Part shown: in pieces, positions 21,913 to 31,034 of the stretch
Numbering within the stretch: the first letter of the stretch is position 1
Layout: the number at the start of each line of letters is the position of its first letter
Assembly (NCBI RefSeq): GCF_018398935.1
Contig: NZ_CP074694.1
Location: forward strand, 2,670,001-2,702,000
Reading direction: 5' to 3'
Length of the DNA: 32,000 nucleotides
From: Telmatocola sphagniphila
Lineage (GTDB): Bacteria; Planctomycetota; Planctomycetia; Gemmatales; Gemmataceae
Position numbers and translations under genes: made by a program
Notes under the pieces: generated by a model
Told to the model about the DNA's origin: nothing
The model's input: the letters and a program-made list of their open reading frames with translations, nothing else
Databases searched by the model: none

Positions 21913-24032
21913 CAGGCCAGCCACTCTCTTGCGGGGATTGTGATTCCTTCTTCGATCAGACGCTGCTTGTCGTGAACCGGTTTCCAGCCGAGAATTGTTT
22001 TGGCATTCGTGCACTCGAAGCGAGCCCGGTGGGCGCGAGTGTCCCAATCCCGGAGGCTGGGAACTTTTCGTTCCGGATGCTGTACGGCAACTTTCACAAC
22101 GTACTTCAGCAAGTCGCCGCGGAGAAACTTCCAGGCCGAGGTATAGCGAATATCGCACTTCACGCCGGACGCCCCTTGCAGAGCTTCCAGATACTCGCGG
22201 GCCGTCAGTAAAGGATCGCCAACCAGGTTGAAGATTTTCCCGATCGCGGCTTCGTTGTTACCGGCCGTTACCAGGGCATCGGCTACATCTTCGACTAGCA
22301 CCAGCGGCAGTTTAGTGTCGCCTTTGCCCCAGACCCGACAGACTGACATGCCGTTCCACATACCGATCCCCCAATGGAAGGGGCTACCACCGGACCCGAT
22401 CACCACTCCGGGCCGAAATATGGCTAAAGGCAGACCTTTATTCCGATGCATCTCCAGCAGGATCGATTCCGAGATGGCTTTCGCGCGGGCATAAAGGTTT
22501 CGCGTTTCAATCAGAGGATCGAGAGGTGTCTCGTCGCGAATGACATCGTTCGGTTTGGCGGTAAAGTAACTATCGATGGTTCCCGTGTATAAAAGTTTTT
22601 TCACACCCATCTGCAGGCAAATCTCGCCCACGTGCCGAGTCGCATCCACTTCATGTTTCAGGTAATCTTCCCAGCTTTTGACGTGCGCTCGAGCCAAATG
22701 GTAAACGATGTCGATACCTTGAATCGCCATTTTGAGGCTGTCGACGGAACCGACGTCTCCGCGAACCACTTCCATGTCCAGCTGCGCGATCGAGCGAGGC
22801 AGATTTTGGGTGTCTCGGGCTAACAACCGGACGCCCTTGCCTTCCGCCACGAGTTTTCGGAGCAGAGCTTGGCCGATGAATCCGGTGCCGCCCAGCACCA
22901 GAACGGTAGAAGTTTTGGAAGGCTTTGGGACAGTGCTCACAGGCGGAGCCGTTCGACCTTCCGGAGCGGCCGAACCAATTTTCTGACCCCAGGCCACCAC
23001 GCTACGGGCAAATTCCAGATTCAGCCGCTTTTCGGGTTCATTCGGCAGAGCCCGATAGAAATGCTTCATGCTAGCCAGAATGCTGGCCCCGAAATCGTTG
23101 CCGCGCTTGCTCAGCTTGAATTTGGAGAGCCCGTAACGAATCAATTTACCACGCGAATGCCGGCGCAACTGGGCAGCTTCCTGCTGGGTGATGGCGTACC
23201 GATCGAAATCGTCGGGAAGTGGATTATTCCTACGAACGACATAGGTGTTGGCTTCGAAATCGACGGTTGCGGTGCCGACCAGCCCGCGGACGTGAATCCG
23301 ATGCTCCGGGAAGCCTTGGCCGAGCCCGAAACGCAGCAGAGTTTTGGCAGGGCCTTTGTTGGCTCGAATCAACCAACGGCGATAGAAGATACTGCCGTTG
23401 GGAAGTTCGAAGGGTCGATCGAATTCCACATCGATATCATCCGGTTCGCCAAACAGATCGATGAAATGTCCAATCGAGTGCGGCCCGACTTCCAGCATGA
23501 TGTTGCCGGGATGCTTGAACATAAAAGCGCCGAAGGGTCCGCCGCGCAATTGACCCAGCTCTTTATTCCAGACGATGTCGACTTCGAGAATCGGTCCCAG
23601 TTTATGCTCTTTCAGGTCGTTACGCAGGCGTTCGTAAACCGGTGAAAAAAGAAAGTTATGGCTGACGCCGATTTTTCCCTTCGATTTCTTGGCAACCTCG
23701 AGTAGCTGGTCGCACTGGTCCACGCTGACGCAGGCGGGCTTCTCCAGCAGAACGCTAACGTCGGCCTCGAGAAGTTTTTTCGCTGCCTCGAAGTGATGCT
23801 CGGGAGGAACCAGAACATGTACGACTTCCGGCTTGTTTTTCTGCAGCCAGTCGTCGAGGTTCCAGAAGGGTTCGACCCCATGCCGGCGGCCGAAATCCTC
23901 CGCCCGGGCGCGATTGAGATCGCACACCGAAACGAGTTCGGCCTTCTTGCGAATCCCTTTTAGCGCCTTGGCGTGCCAGTCGGAGATATAGCCCGCACCC
24001 AGCAGTCCAACTTTTAATCGCGGTGAGCCCAC
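21912..24032 (-). CDS. Two-domain fusion of an N-terminal Gfo/Idh/MocA-family oxidoreductase and a C-terminal NAD-dependent epimerase/dehydratase (extended SDR)
   Basis: N-terminus: LKVGLLGAGYISDWHAKAL...VHVLVPPEHHFEAAKKLLEADVSVLLEKP (Gfo/Idh/MocA Rossmann plus EKP). Linker: AAPEGRTAPPVSTVPKPSKTS. C-terminus: VLVLGGTGFIGQALLRKL...YARAK (GxxGxxG and YxxxK). Confidence 0.85.
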   Translation of the reverse strand: MGSPRLKVGLLGAGYISDWHAKALKGIRKKAELVSVCDLNRARAEDFGRRHGVEPFWNLDDWLQKNKPEVVHVLVPPEHHFEAAKKLLEADVSVLLEKPACVSVDQCDQLLEVAKKSKGKIGVSHNFLFSPVYERLRNDLKEHKLGPILEVDIVWNKELGQLRGGPFGAFMFKHPGNIMLEVGPHSIGHFIDLFGEPDDIDVEFDRPFELPNGSIFYRRWLIRANKGPAKTLLRFGLGQGFPEHRIHVRGLVGTATVDFEANTYVVRRNNPLPDDFDRYAITQQEAAQLRRHSRGKLIRYGLSKFKLSKRGNDFGASILASMKHFYRALPNEPEKRLNLEFARSVVAWGQKIGSAAPEGRTAPPVSTVPKPSKTSTVLVLGGTGFIGQALLRKLVAEGKGVRLLARDTQNLPRSIAQLDMEVVRGDVGSVDSLKMAIQGIDIVYHLARAHVKSWEDYLKHEVDATRHVGEICLQMGVKKLLYTGTIDSYFTAKPNDVIRDETPLDPLIETRNLYARAKAISESILLEMHRNKGLPLAIFRPGVVIGSGGSPFHWGIGMWNGMSVCRVWGKGDTKLPLVLVEDVADALVTAGNNEAAIGKIFNLVGDPLLTAREYLEALQGASGVKCDIRYTSAWKFLRGDLLKYVVKVAVQHPERKVPSLRDWDTRAHRARFECTNAKTILGWKPVHDKQRLIEEGITIPAREWLA

Positions 24033-24040
24033 GCCAACTC

Positions 24041-25024
24041 CTATTTGTATTCGATGATCCGGCCCTGTTTACGGAACAGGCGATGGGAATAAAAACGCGC
24101 CAAACCAAGGAATTCGGGAACCTTGGCGCCGACGCAAGAAACGCCATAGACCAGACTTTGTTTGAGCGGAATTTTGGCCTGTCCCGGTCGTCGGGAGATA
24201 CGGAGAGCCTGCAATGGATAGAGCAAAAGCCCCAGCAGGGACCAGCCTCCGGTGGGCCAAAGCAATGCGAGTATAAGCGCCGGGAGAACGAAGCCCCAGA
24301 CAATTAAACGACGGCGTTCCCGGGTGAAGTGCTTTTCCGGTGGCGCCCCGTGGAGAAAGGCCCCTTGAGCATAGGCGTACCCGCAACGGGTGGCCCGCTT
24401 CCACCACTGACCGAAACGCGTCATCGCGGCATCGTGCAGGGTCATGTCCGCATCGATTCGCCAGATCTTCCAACCTGCCTGTCGAATTCGTACGCAGACT
24501 TCATCATCCTCGGCCGCGATCACGCTGGGATTATATCCGCCCACTTCCTTCAGCGCGGCCACGCGCATTAAGGCATCGCCCCCACAGGAGCGGGCTTGTC
24601 CCACTGGCGTATTCCACTCGATGTCGCAGAGTCGGTTGTAAACCGTTTTCTCCGGAAAGCGTTCGCGTCGGCGGCCGCACACCACGGCGTTTTTCGGATC
24701 TTCCTGAATCTTTTCGAGAGCTCGTTCAAGCCATCCCGGCAGTACTTCACAGTCGCCATCGACAAATTGTACATAAGTGAGATCGGGATGCTTTTCGAGG
24801 AGTTTTTGGAATCCCGCATTGCGAGCGCGGGCCGCCGTGAAAGAGACCGTCATATCCAGATCGACGACTTCGACGTTCAAGCTCCGGGCTAAACTGACGC
24901 TGGAGTCGGTTGATCCCGAATCCACATAGATGATCGGATACAGATCGGGGCGCAGCGATTCGAGACAGAGTCTCAAACGCTCTCCTTCATTGCGACCGAT
25001 CACCACCATTCCCACGGTTTGCAC
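24041..25024 (-). CDS. Glycosyltransferase family 2 with C-terminal TM segments
   Basis: VVIGRNEGERLRLCLESL, IIYVDSGSTDSS, the DxD-like QFVDGDCEV, and AAEDDEVCVRIRQAGWKI. It ends 8 nt before the fusion gene starts. Confidence 0.85.
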   Translation of the reverse strand: MQTVGMVVIGRNEGERLRLCLESLRPDLYPIIYVDSGSTDSSVSLARSLNVEVVDLDMTVSFTAARARNAGFQKLLEKHPDLTYVQFVDGDCEVLPGWLERALEKIQEDPKNAVVCGRRRERFPEKTVYNRLCDIEWNTPVGQARSCGGDALMRVAALKEVGGYNPSVIAAEDDEVCVRIRQAGWKIWRIDADMTLHDAAMTRFGQWWKRATRCGYAYAQGAFLHGAPPEKHFTRERRRLIVWGFVLPALILALLWPTGGWSLLGLLLYPLQALRISRRPGQAKIPLKQSLVYGVSCVGAKVPEFLGLARFYSHRLFRKQGRIIEYK

Positions 25025-25470
25025 TATTTCGAATCCTGTGCCGAAAAAGTCTTATCGTTCATTCTTCGATTTTGAGACACACCACGCATGCTAAGTGAGC
25101 AGCCACATACTATTTAGGATTGCGAGCGACGCCACCGCGGAGAGGGTAATAATAGATAGCACAGGATTTTCGGAATCGATGTCCAGGATCAGTTCCGCGG
25201 TGATGGAACATCCCTGCCTTTCTCCCGAATCCCCTCAATCTCCCAGGCAGCCTAAACCGCCTGCGCATCCCAAGCGGGGATAATTTCGCCGAATTCCTAA
25301 CTCATCCCTGTAATTTTCATTCCTGACGTTAGGAGTGTGAATTTTACGTCTTTTTTATGGCCAATCAATACAAGCCGCAAAGCCTTCCAGCGTTCTTCAC
25401 AGACAGTTCCTCTTGAAGCGAAGTGAGTTCTAACGTTCAATAAGCAGAATGCTTTACGAGATTTGAGTTC

Positions 25471-26859
25471 ATGCAGCCGACAAATACGTATCCCATTCTG
25501 GTCAGTCTTCTGATCATCCCGGTTTTCCTATACATTCTGAACCAGATTCGCGCCCGCGGATTCTCAGAAGGTTGGTGGCTGCCCTGGATGTCGGTGCTGC
25601 TTCTCTTCCCCTGCTACGTCTGGTCGGGTTGGGGTTCGTTGCGAATGGATTTGCGATCCGCCGCCAGTCTCGCGGTGCTGACCGGGTTTTTAATACAACC
25701 CTGGAGTTCGGGACCGCGAATCCGCTGGATCTGGGGCGATGCCTGGATCATTATCTTGATCGCCAGTCAGGCGATCACGGAGTTTTCGCAGGAAAACCTC
25801 GTTCCGCTGACGCCGCTAGAGCAATTGCGGGATTTTGGCCTTCCCTACCTCGTCGGCCGGCTCTGCCTGCGTTCTCCCGGCGATCTGCAACGGATGCTCC
25901 CCGCTGTCTGCATCCCCGCGGCCATCCTTTCGGTGTACGCCATCATCGAATCCATCACCAAAATTAACGTCGTGAACCTGATCATCGGAAAGCGCTGGGA
26001 ATTGTTGGAAACCTCGGAAGGTTTTCGCTGGGGCCTCAAGCGAGCCCAGGGCAACTTGAATCATCCGATTTACCTGGGCCTCATGCTCACCATGCTGCTG
26101 CCGTGGCTCCTCGAAGCCTATAGCCAATCGAAAAAAAATCTAGGGGCCTATTGGTGGCGCTTCAGCCCCGCGCTGGCAATTGTCGCCATCATTGGCACCG
26201 TTTCCCGAGCTGCCCAGTTAGCCGCGGTGCTGACGCTGATTACTGCCTTTATTTTTAGAAATCCTCGCTGGCGGGGAATTCTAATCGGAATGGTGCTGGT
26301 TGCAGGTGGAACCGGCTACTTGTTCCGGGAAGATATACTGGAGGCTCTATCTAAATTTGTCGATGAACCAGATAAAAGTTCCGATGTGATCAAACATAAA
26401 GGGCTGGAGTATCCATATTCCGGGACCCTGCATCGCGACCTTTTGCAAATGGTTTATGAGGATGAAGTTAAAAACGTGCCTTTGCTCGGGTACGGTTCGA
26501 TGCTCGAAAGCATGCCGGTGGATAACGACCGCGACGAAAGATTTAAATCCATCGACGACCATTACCTGGTCTACCTTCTGAGATTCGGACCGGTGGGAGT
26601 GACGATTTTCCTCTGTTTTGCGGTTTGTATCGCGATTTATCTATTCCGGGAGGCCTGGGCTAACGACACGCCACACGCGGCTTTTTGCGGGGCCATGCTG
26701 GGATCATTTGTCGGAACCACTATGATGCTCAAAGGCGTGTCTTTAGAACCCGATTATGGATGGATGTGGTTATTTAGCGCCGGCATTGCTGGGCGCCTGC
26801 ACGCCTTCCGCTTAGAATTACACGAATCGAAAGTGCGCTCTGACTCTCCTGGAGCTTAA
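25471..26859 (+). CDS. O-antigen ligase/polymerase family membrane protein (Wzy-like)
   Basis: About 10-12 TM segments. The region NLNHPIYLGLMLTMLLPWLL...GTVSRAAQLAAVLTLI is typical of the Wzy_C/O-antigen ligase family. A large loop sits between the late TMs. Confidence 0.7.
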   Translation: MQPTNTYPILVSLLIIPVFLYILNQIRARGFSEGWWLPWMSVLLLFPCYVWSGWGSLRMDLRSAASLAVLTGFLIQPWSSGPRIRWIWGDAWIIILIASQAITEFSQENLVPLTPLEQLRDFGLPYLVGRLCLRSPGDLQRMLPAVCIPAAILSVYAIIESITKINVVNLIIGKRWELLETSEGFRWGLKRAQGNLNHPIYLGLMLTMLLPWLLEAYSQSKKNLGAYWWRFSPALAIVAIIGTVSRAAQLAAVLTLITAFIFRNPRWRGILIGMVLVAGGTGYLFREDILEALSKFVDEPDKSSDVIKHKGLEYPYSGTLHRDLLQMVYEDEVKNVPLLGYGSMLESMPVDNDRDERFKSIDDHYLVYLLRFGPVGVTIFLCFAVCIAIYLFREAWANDTPHAAFCGAMLGSFVGTTMMLKGVSLEPDYGWMWLFSAGIAGRLHAFRLELHESKVRSDSPGA

Positions 26860-26896
26860 CTTTAATCTTCTCGCAGGATAAGAGATTTTTAAAAAA

Positions 26897-28246
26897 ATGC
26901 TGAAAGCTCTAGGAAAGATAGGCTCAGCCCGCTTTGGAAATTTATCCAAGGAAAAACAAGCGGGCTTATTCGGCGTTGGCTGGACTGCACTGGGTCAGAT
27001 CGCGGCGATCTTCATCCGCTTCGGCAGCAGTCTGCTGCTGACCCGTCTGCTCAACATGGATACCTACGGCTTCTTCGGCATAGCCATGTCGGTATCCATC
27101 CTGGTCGAGCTTTTTTCCGATATCGGCCTGCGCCCCGCCCTCACCCGTCACGCCGACGGCGAAAACTCCGCTTATGTAGCTACGGCCTGGACCATTCTGA
27201 TCATCCGCAGCTTCGTGATGGCGGGATTAATGATCGGGATGGGATTGCTTTTGCCCCAATTCTACACCGATTACAATAAACGTTTGTTTTTCCTGGTCGA
27301 GGTGGCTCTGGCAGTACGTCCGATTCTGCATGCTTGCGCTAACCCGATGTCGATTCTGCTGCACAAACAGCTGCGTTTCGGTACCTGGGCGGCTATGGAA
27401 TTCGGACAGACCATTGTCGGCACCATTGGCACACTGACCTTCGCCTACCTCTTCCATAACGTCTGGGCGGTTGTGATCGGCATCCTGCTCGGGGAAGCCG
27501 CTTTTGTCGCACTCAGCTATGCGTGGTGCGAGCGACCTCCTCGACCAACCTGGGATAAAGCAGCCGCCAAAGAATTGGCTCACATCGGCAATCAGGTTTT
27601 CGTAAACACTCTGGTGATGGGTCTGTGGATCTACGTCGATCGACTGGTCGGTCCCGTGTTCACTTCCGCCGAAAAAATGGCCCCCTACCTTCTTGCATAC
27701 ACGCTGATGGAAGCCATTGAAAGATTGATGGGCAAGGCCACCGACGTCTATTTCAGCACGCTGGTGAAGGTCGGCTCTTTTCAGCAACAGGTCGAGTTTC
27801 ACACCCGAACTTGTAACCGCATCGCGATGTTTCTGATGCCTTTATTAGCGATCGGGATTATGGCCGCGCCCATGGTCGTGAAAGTGTACGGCTCCAACTA
27901 TCGGGCGGCCGGGCTGGGGATATTATTTGCCGTTCTGGTCTGTCGGGTGATGTTTCGAATTCTGGGGCAGGTCCACTATCAGCTGTTCATGATCCAGGGA
28001 GAAATTTACCTGGCAACGCGGTGTTACTACCTGGCGCTCTTCGTGCAAGTAGTCACCATTTTCCCGCTTGCCAAGTTCTACGGGACGCTGGGAATTGCCT
28101 ACTCGGTGTGTATTTCGACCTTCGTACTCACTCTGTCTCAGAATCTGATTTTCAATCATCGCAAGTACATGGATATGAAATCTTTTCTGATCACCTTCGG
28201 GTACGCGGCCGCGGGATTCACGGCCCTGGTCTTCTTGGAAATGTAA
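26897..28246 (+). CDS. Oligosaccharide flippase (Wzx, MOP superfamily)
   Basis: 449 aa with about 12 TM segments. The N-terminal FGNLSKEKQAGLFGVGWTALGQIAAIFIRFGSSLLLTRLL pattern is typical of polysaccharide-biosynthesis flippases. It sits directly after the wzy-like gene. Confidence 0.8.
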   Translation: MLKALGKIGSARFGNLSKEKQAGLFGVGWTALGQIAAIFIRFGSSLLLTRLLNMDTYGFFGIAMSVSILVELFSDIGLRPALTRHADGENSAYVATAWTILIIRSFVMAGLMIGMGLLLPQFYTDYNKRLFFLVEVALAVRPILHACANPMSILLHKQLRFGTWAAMEFGQTIVGTIGTLTFAYLFHNVWAVVIGILLGEAAFVALSYAWCERPPRPTWDKAAAKELAHIGNQVFVNTLVMGLWIYVDRLVGPVFTSAEKMAPYLLAYTLMEAIERLMGKATDVYFSTLVKVGSFQQQVEFHTRTCNRIAMFLMPLLAIGIMAAPMVVKVYGSNYRAAGLGILFAVLVCRVMFRILGQVHYQLFMIQGEIYLATRCYYLALFVQVVTIFPLAKFYGTLGIAYSVCISTFVLTLSQNLIFNHRKYMDMKSFLITFGYAAAGFTALVFLEM

Positions 28247-28247
28247 C

Positions 28248-30446
28248 TTACCAGCCGCCCGACCGACGTTCGAACACAATCGACCCCATCAGAGGGGCAT
28301 CGCTGGCTCGCAGCATATCCACATAGTTGTGAGTGCGAACCGGGTTTTCCTGGCCATCCAGAACTAGAATTGAGCCGTCCACCAGACTCTGCAGATAGTT
28401 CTCATCGCCCAGTTCCGGATTCACTGCAGGTGCGATCAGAAGAATCATGGCGAAGCGTTCCCGCATTTCTTCCACGAGTCGGTGGAAGCGGTACATGCCG
28501 ATCATGTTGTTCACGTAGCTGCTGAGTTGAGCTCGCGAATATTCGACCTTGGATACCTGGGTGGGGGCGAAGCAGGTCGCCGGCTTATCGGTCTTACCTT
28601 CCAGGAAATCTTCGACTCTCTGTCCGACTTCAATTCCGTCGTGACCGATCCAGGCGGGAATGCTGTTGGCGTTCAACAACGGTCGGGAATCGAATACCAG
28701 CACTTTGCCGGCGGTTTGGGAGACGAAACAGGCCAAGTCTCCAACCAGGGATTCGATTTTCAGCGTAGGGACTGAAGGTGTGAAGAGGATAATCGATCCG
28801 CGCTCCGGGAAGCGAATCCGCAATTGCTCAGCCAGCGAACGAACCGCGGTCGAGACCGGTGCAGAGCCATCGAAGATTGCCATATTGGGGGCGGCTTCGT
28901 CGTAATTGGCCAGCACGGGAAGGCTGAGCCGACGAGCTGTGACTTCACCGCTGAGCGAGTAACGAGGCAGATCTTTGGCCACCACAAACCCCAGGAAAAG
29001 CAGCATCATGGCCGCGAAGACCCCGGCGGCCAGCTTGGGATAGTTCGAGGAAACGGGCTGTTTGCCGACATCGGCGGCCTTGGCGATTTTCAGTTCCTGG
29101 GAGGAAGGATCTTTGAGATTCTGGTTTTCCGAGATGAGTTTCTCCAGATCATCTATGGTTCGCTGCTTGGTTTCGATCTCCGATTCCAAGGGGAATAGAG
29201 TGTCTTTGAGTTTATTGAGCCTATCGGACTCCCTTTGAAATTCATCGATCTTTTTCTTCAGGCCGGGAATCTCGTTATCCTGAAGCGTTTTCTGCTGGTT
29301 TTTCAGTCTTAACAGTTCCGCTCTCGGATTTGCAAGCACGTTATTGTCTGTGAGATCCAACTGCTTTTCGCGGTCTTTTTCCAATCGATCCAACAACTGT
29401 TTGGTAAATTTAACCGTATTATCTGCTTCTGTAAATTCTTTTTCGGCAGCACGAAATTCACTGAGAGGTACTGCACCTTTTGGCAACTTTTTAAGAGTTT
29501 CCAAATCTTGCGTCGCACTAATCAATCTAACTTTGTTGATCTCAAGAAGTGCTCGTTTTTCCGCGATGAGCGCTTCAATTTGCTGGATCGCCTGCCGTTG
29601 CTGGGGGGAGTTTTTGGCTTGTTCAGTAAGTCGCTCGATACTACTTTCGATCTCTTTAATTTGTTGGGGAAGGCTTTCCAAGATTCTCTGATTGTCATCG
29701 AGTTTTGTTTTCGCGCCCGATTTCTCTTTGTCCACATCCTCAATTTTCAATTTCAGATCGCCGTTCACATTGTTTTTCCGCAGTTCCGCATTATATCGCA
29801 ACATCAGCTCACGGCGTTCCTGAGTGACTCGATCTTTCTCTCTTTGCTTCGCTCCCAGAGCCTGCTCCAGTTCCGCCAATCTCTGCTTTTCGTTTTTCAA
29901 AACAGCGATTTCCATCATGCGGTTGGAGATCGCCAGCGCTTCGTCTTTGTTTGGGTTGTCAACGGTAACGGTGAGTTCCTCATTGGATTTCAGGACTTCC
30001 GTTTTGACGAGATTCTTCAGACCGGCGGGTGTTCCGGGCAGGTGCAGATCAGAGTGGACCTGCTCCAACATATCCGGATCTTTCATCATTTGAAGAACGC
30101 TCTGGATATTCGCGGGAGTAGTCAACGAACGAAACACTTTGCGATAGCTCGGTTCATGCCGCAGCTTCCCTTCGGCCCGCCAGACCGGTTTACCAAACGC
30201 GACAATCACAGCAGCCGCGAGGGCAGCCGACACCACGCACCAGGCGATGAACAGCTTTTGCCGTTTCAGGACCAGACGCATCAAGATCTGGAGGAAGGAG
30301 GGCTGGACTTCCGCGGAAGTGGCGGCTTGCGCATTGTTGACGTAGACAGTCTGCGTATTGACCCGGTAGTTGCTCCACCCGTTGAGCCGTGCGGCAACCT
30401 GAGTGGTCGTCGAACCGGTGGTGGCAATCGGTAATTCAGAAGGCAT
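28248..30446 (-). CDS. Polysaccharide co-polymerase (Wzc/GumC/ExoP-like) with a long periplasmic coiled coil and a degenerate C-terminal P-loop-like domain
   Basis: TM1 (FIAWCVVSAALAAAVIVAF), about 400 aa of coiled coil, then TM2 (LAAGVFAAMMLLFLGFVVA). The C-terminal domain is colinear with BY-kinase domains (AVRSLAEQLRIRF..IILFT..VLVFDSR..MILLIAPAV..GSIVFE). ATG 30446 is preferred over the track start at 30524. Confidence 0.8.
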   Translation of the reverse strand: MPSELPIATTGSTTTQVAARLNGWSNYRVNTQTVYVNNAQAATSAEVQPSFLQILMRLVLKRQKLFIAWCVVSAALAAAVIVAFGKPVWRAEGKLRHEPSYRKVFRSLTTPANIQSVLQMMKDPDMLEQVHSDLHLPGTPAGLKNLVKTEVLKSNEELTVTVDNPNKDEALAISNRMMEIAVLKNEKQRLAELEQALGAKQREKDRVTQERRELMLRYNAELRKNNVNGDLKLKIEDVDKEKSGAKTKLDDNQRILESLPQQIKEIESSIERLTEQAKNSPQQRQAIQQIEALIAEKRALLEINKVRLISATQDLETLKKLPKGAVPLSEFRAAEKEFTEADNTVKFTKQLLDRLEKDREKQLDLTDNNVLANPRAELLRLKNQQKTLQDNEIPGLKKKIDEFQRESDRLNKLKDTLFPLESEIETKQRTIDDLEKLISENQNLKDPSSQELKIAKAADVGKQPVSSNYPKLAAGVFAAMMLLFLGFVVAKDLPRYSLSGEVTARRLSLPVLANYDEAAPNMAIFDGSAPVSTAVRSLAEQLRIRFPERGSIILFTPSVPTLKIESLVGDLACFVSQTAGKVLVFDSRPLLNANSIPAWIGHDGIEVGQRVEDFLEGKTDKPATCFAPTQVSKVEYSRAQLSSYVNNMIGMYRFHRLVEEMRERFAMILLIAPAVNPELGDENYLQSLVDGSILVLDGQENPVRTHNYVDMLRASDAPLMGSIVFERRSGGW

Positions 30447-31034
30447 AGTCAATCCAATGGTTAGCCGTCTATGAGGGTAACACTCCTCAGAATCTGAAGA
30501 GTCGCGATATTTTATCCGAAACACCCTACTTGCTAGAAGAGCAGTTCAAGTATACTTCAAATTGCCCAAGCTGCACAATCGGTGTCTTCTATTTAATGTT
30601 CGCAACCCAAAGCCTGTGATTTTTCCAAGCTAGGGATTTGGCCGAATTTAACGGTTTTGCCCGAGTTTACTGACCGAAATCCCCCGTTGGAAAAATCGCT
30701 ATTATTTGGCTCTTTCAGCGGTATCACATTCGGGGAACGCGCTGGGAGCGCCACTTTGCGGAGAGTGATAAAAATACTCCAAGGCTGTAACTCCCGAGTG
30801 GAACCGCGGCGGTATCCTCAAGAAGATTGACACGAAACGACTCCGACTTCGGAGCTGGTCAGATTCGAGATCGGACTCTCTGCCTTTAGAGCTTATGACC
30901 CAGTGATACTCGAGTGGTGAAACTCAATGCGCTTAGGAATTCTGTCAGATACACATAACGGTATCAATTCACAGTCTGTCCAGTCGTAGCGACTTGCTCT
31001 TGCGCTTTAGCGGAGTTTTTGCCATACTCTGGTC

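Noticed and set aside
21913-22158. An 82-codon N-terminal extension of the GT4 ORF (track start at 22158).
   Set aside because: It overlaps the 3' end of the upstream fusion gene in another frame. It is Arg/Ser/Pro-rich and non-homologous in appearance. The conserved GT4 N-terminus (MHIAYLTNQYP) starts at the ATG in the TGATG overlap at 21912.
25095-25283. A 62-aa ORF in the GT2/wzy divergent intergenic region.
   Set aside because: It has a GTG start without an RBS, uses codons that look atypical for this sequence (ATA, CTA, AGG), and ends in a low-complexity Pro-rich stretch. The region is more likely promoter DNA.
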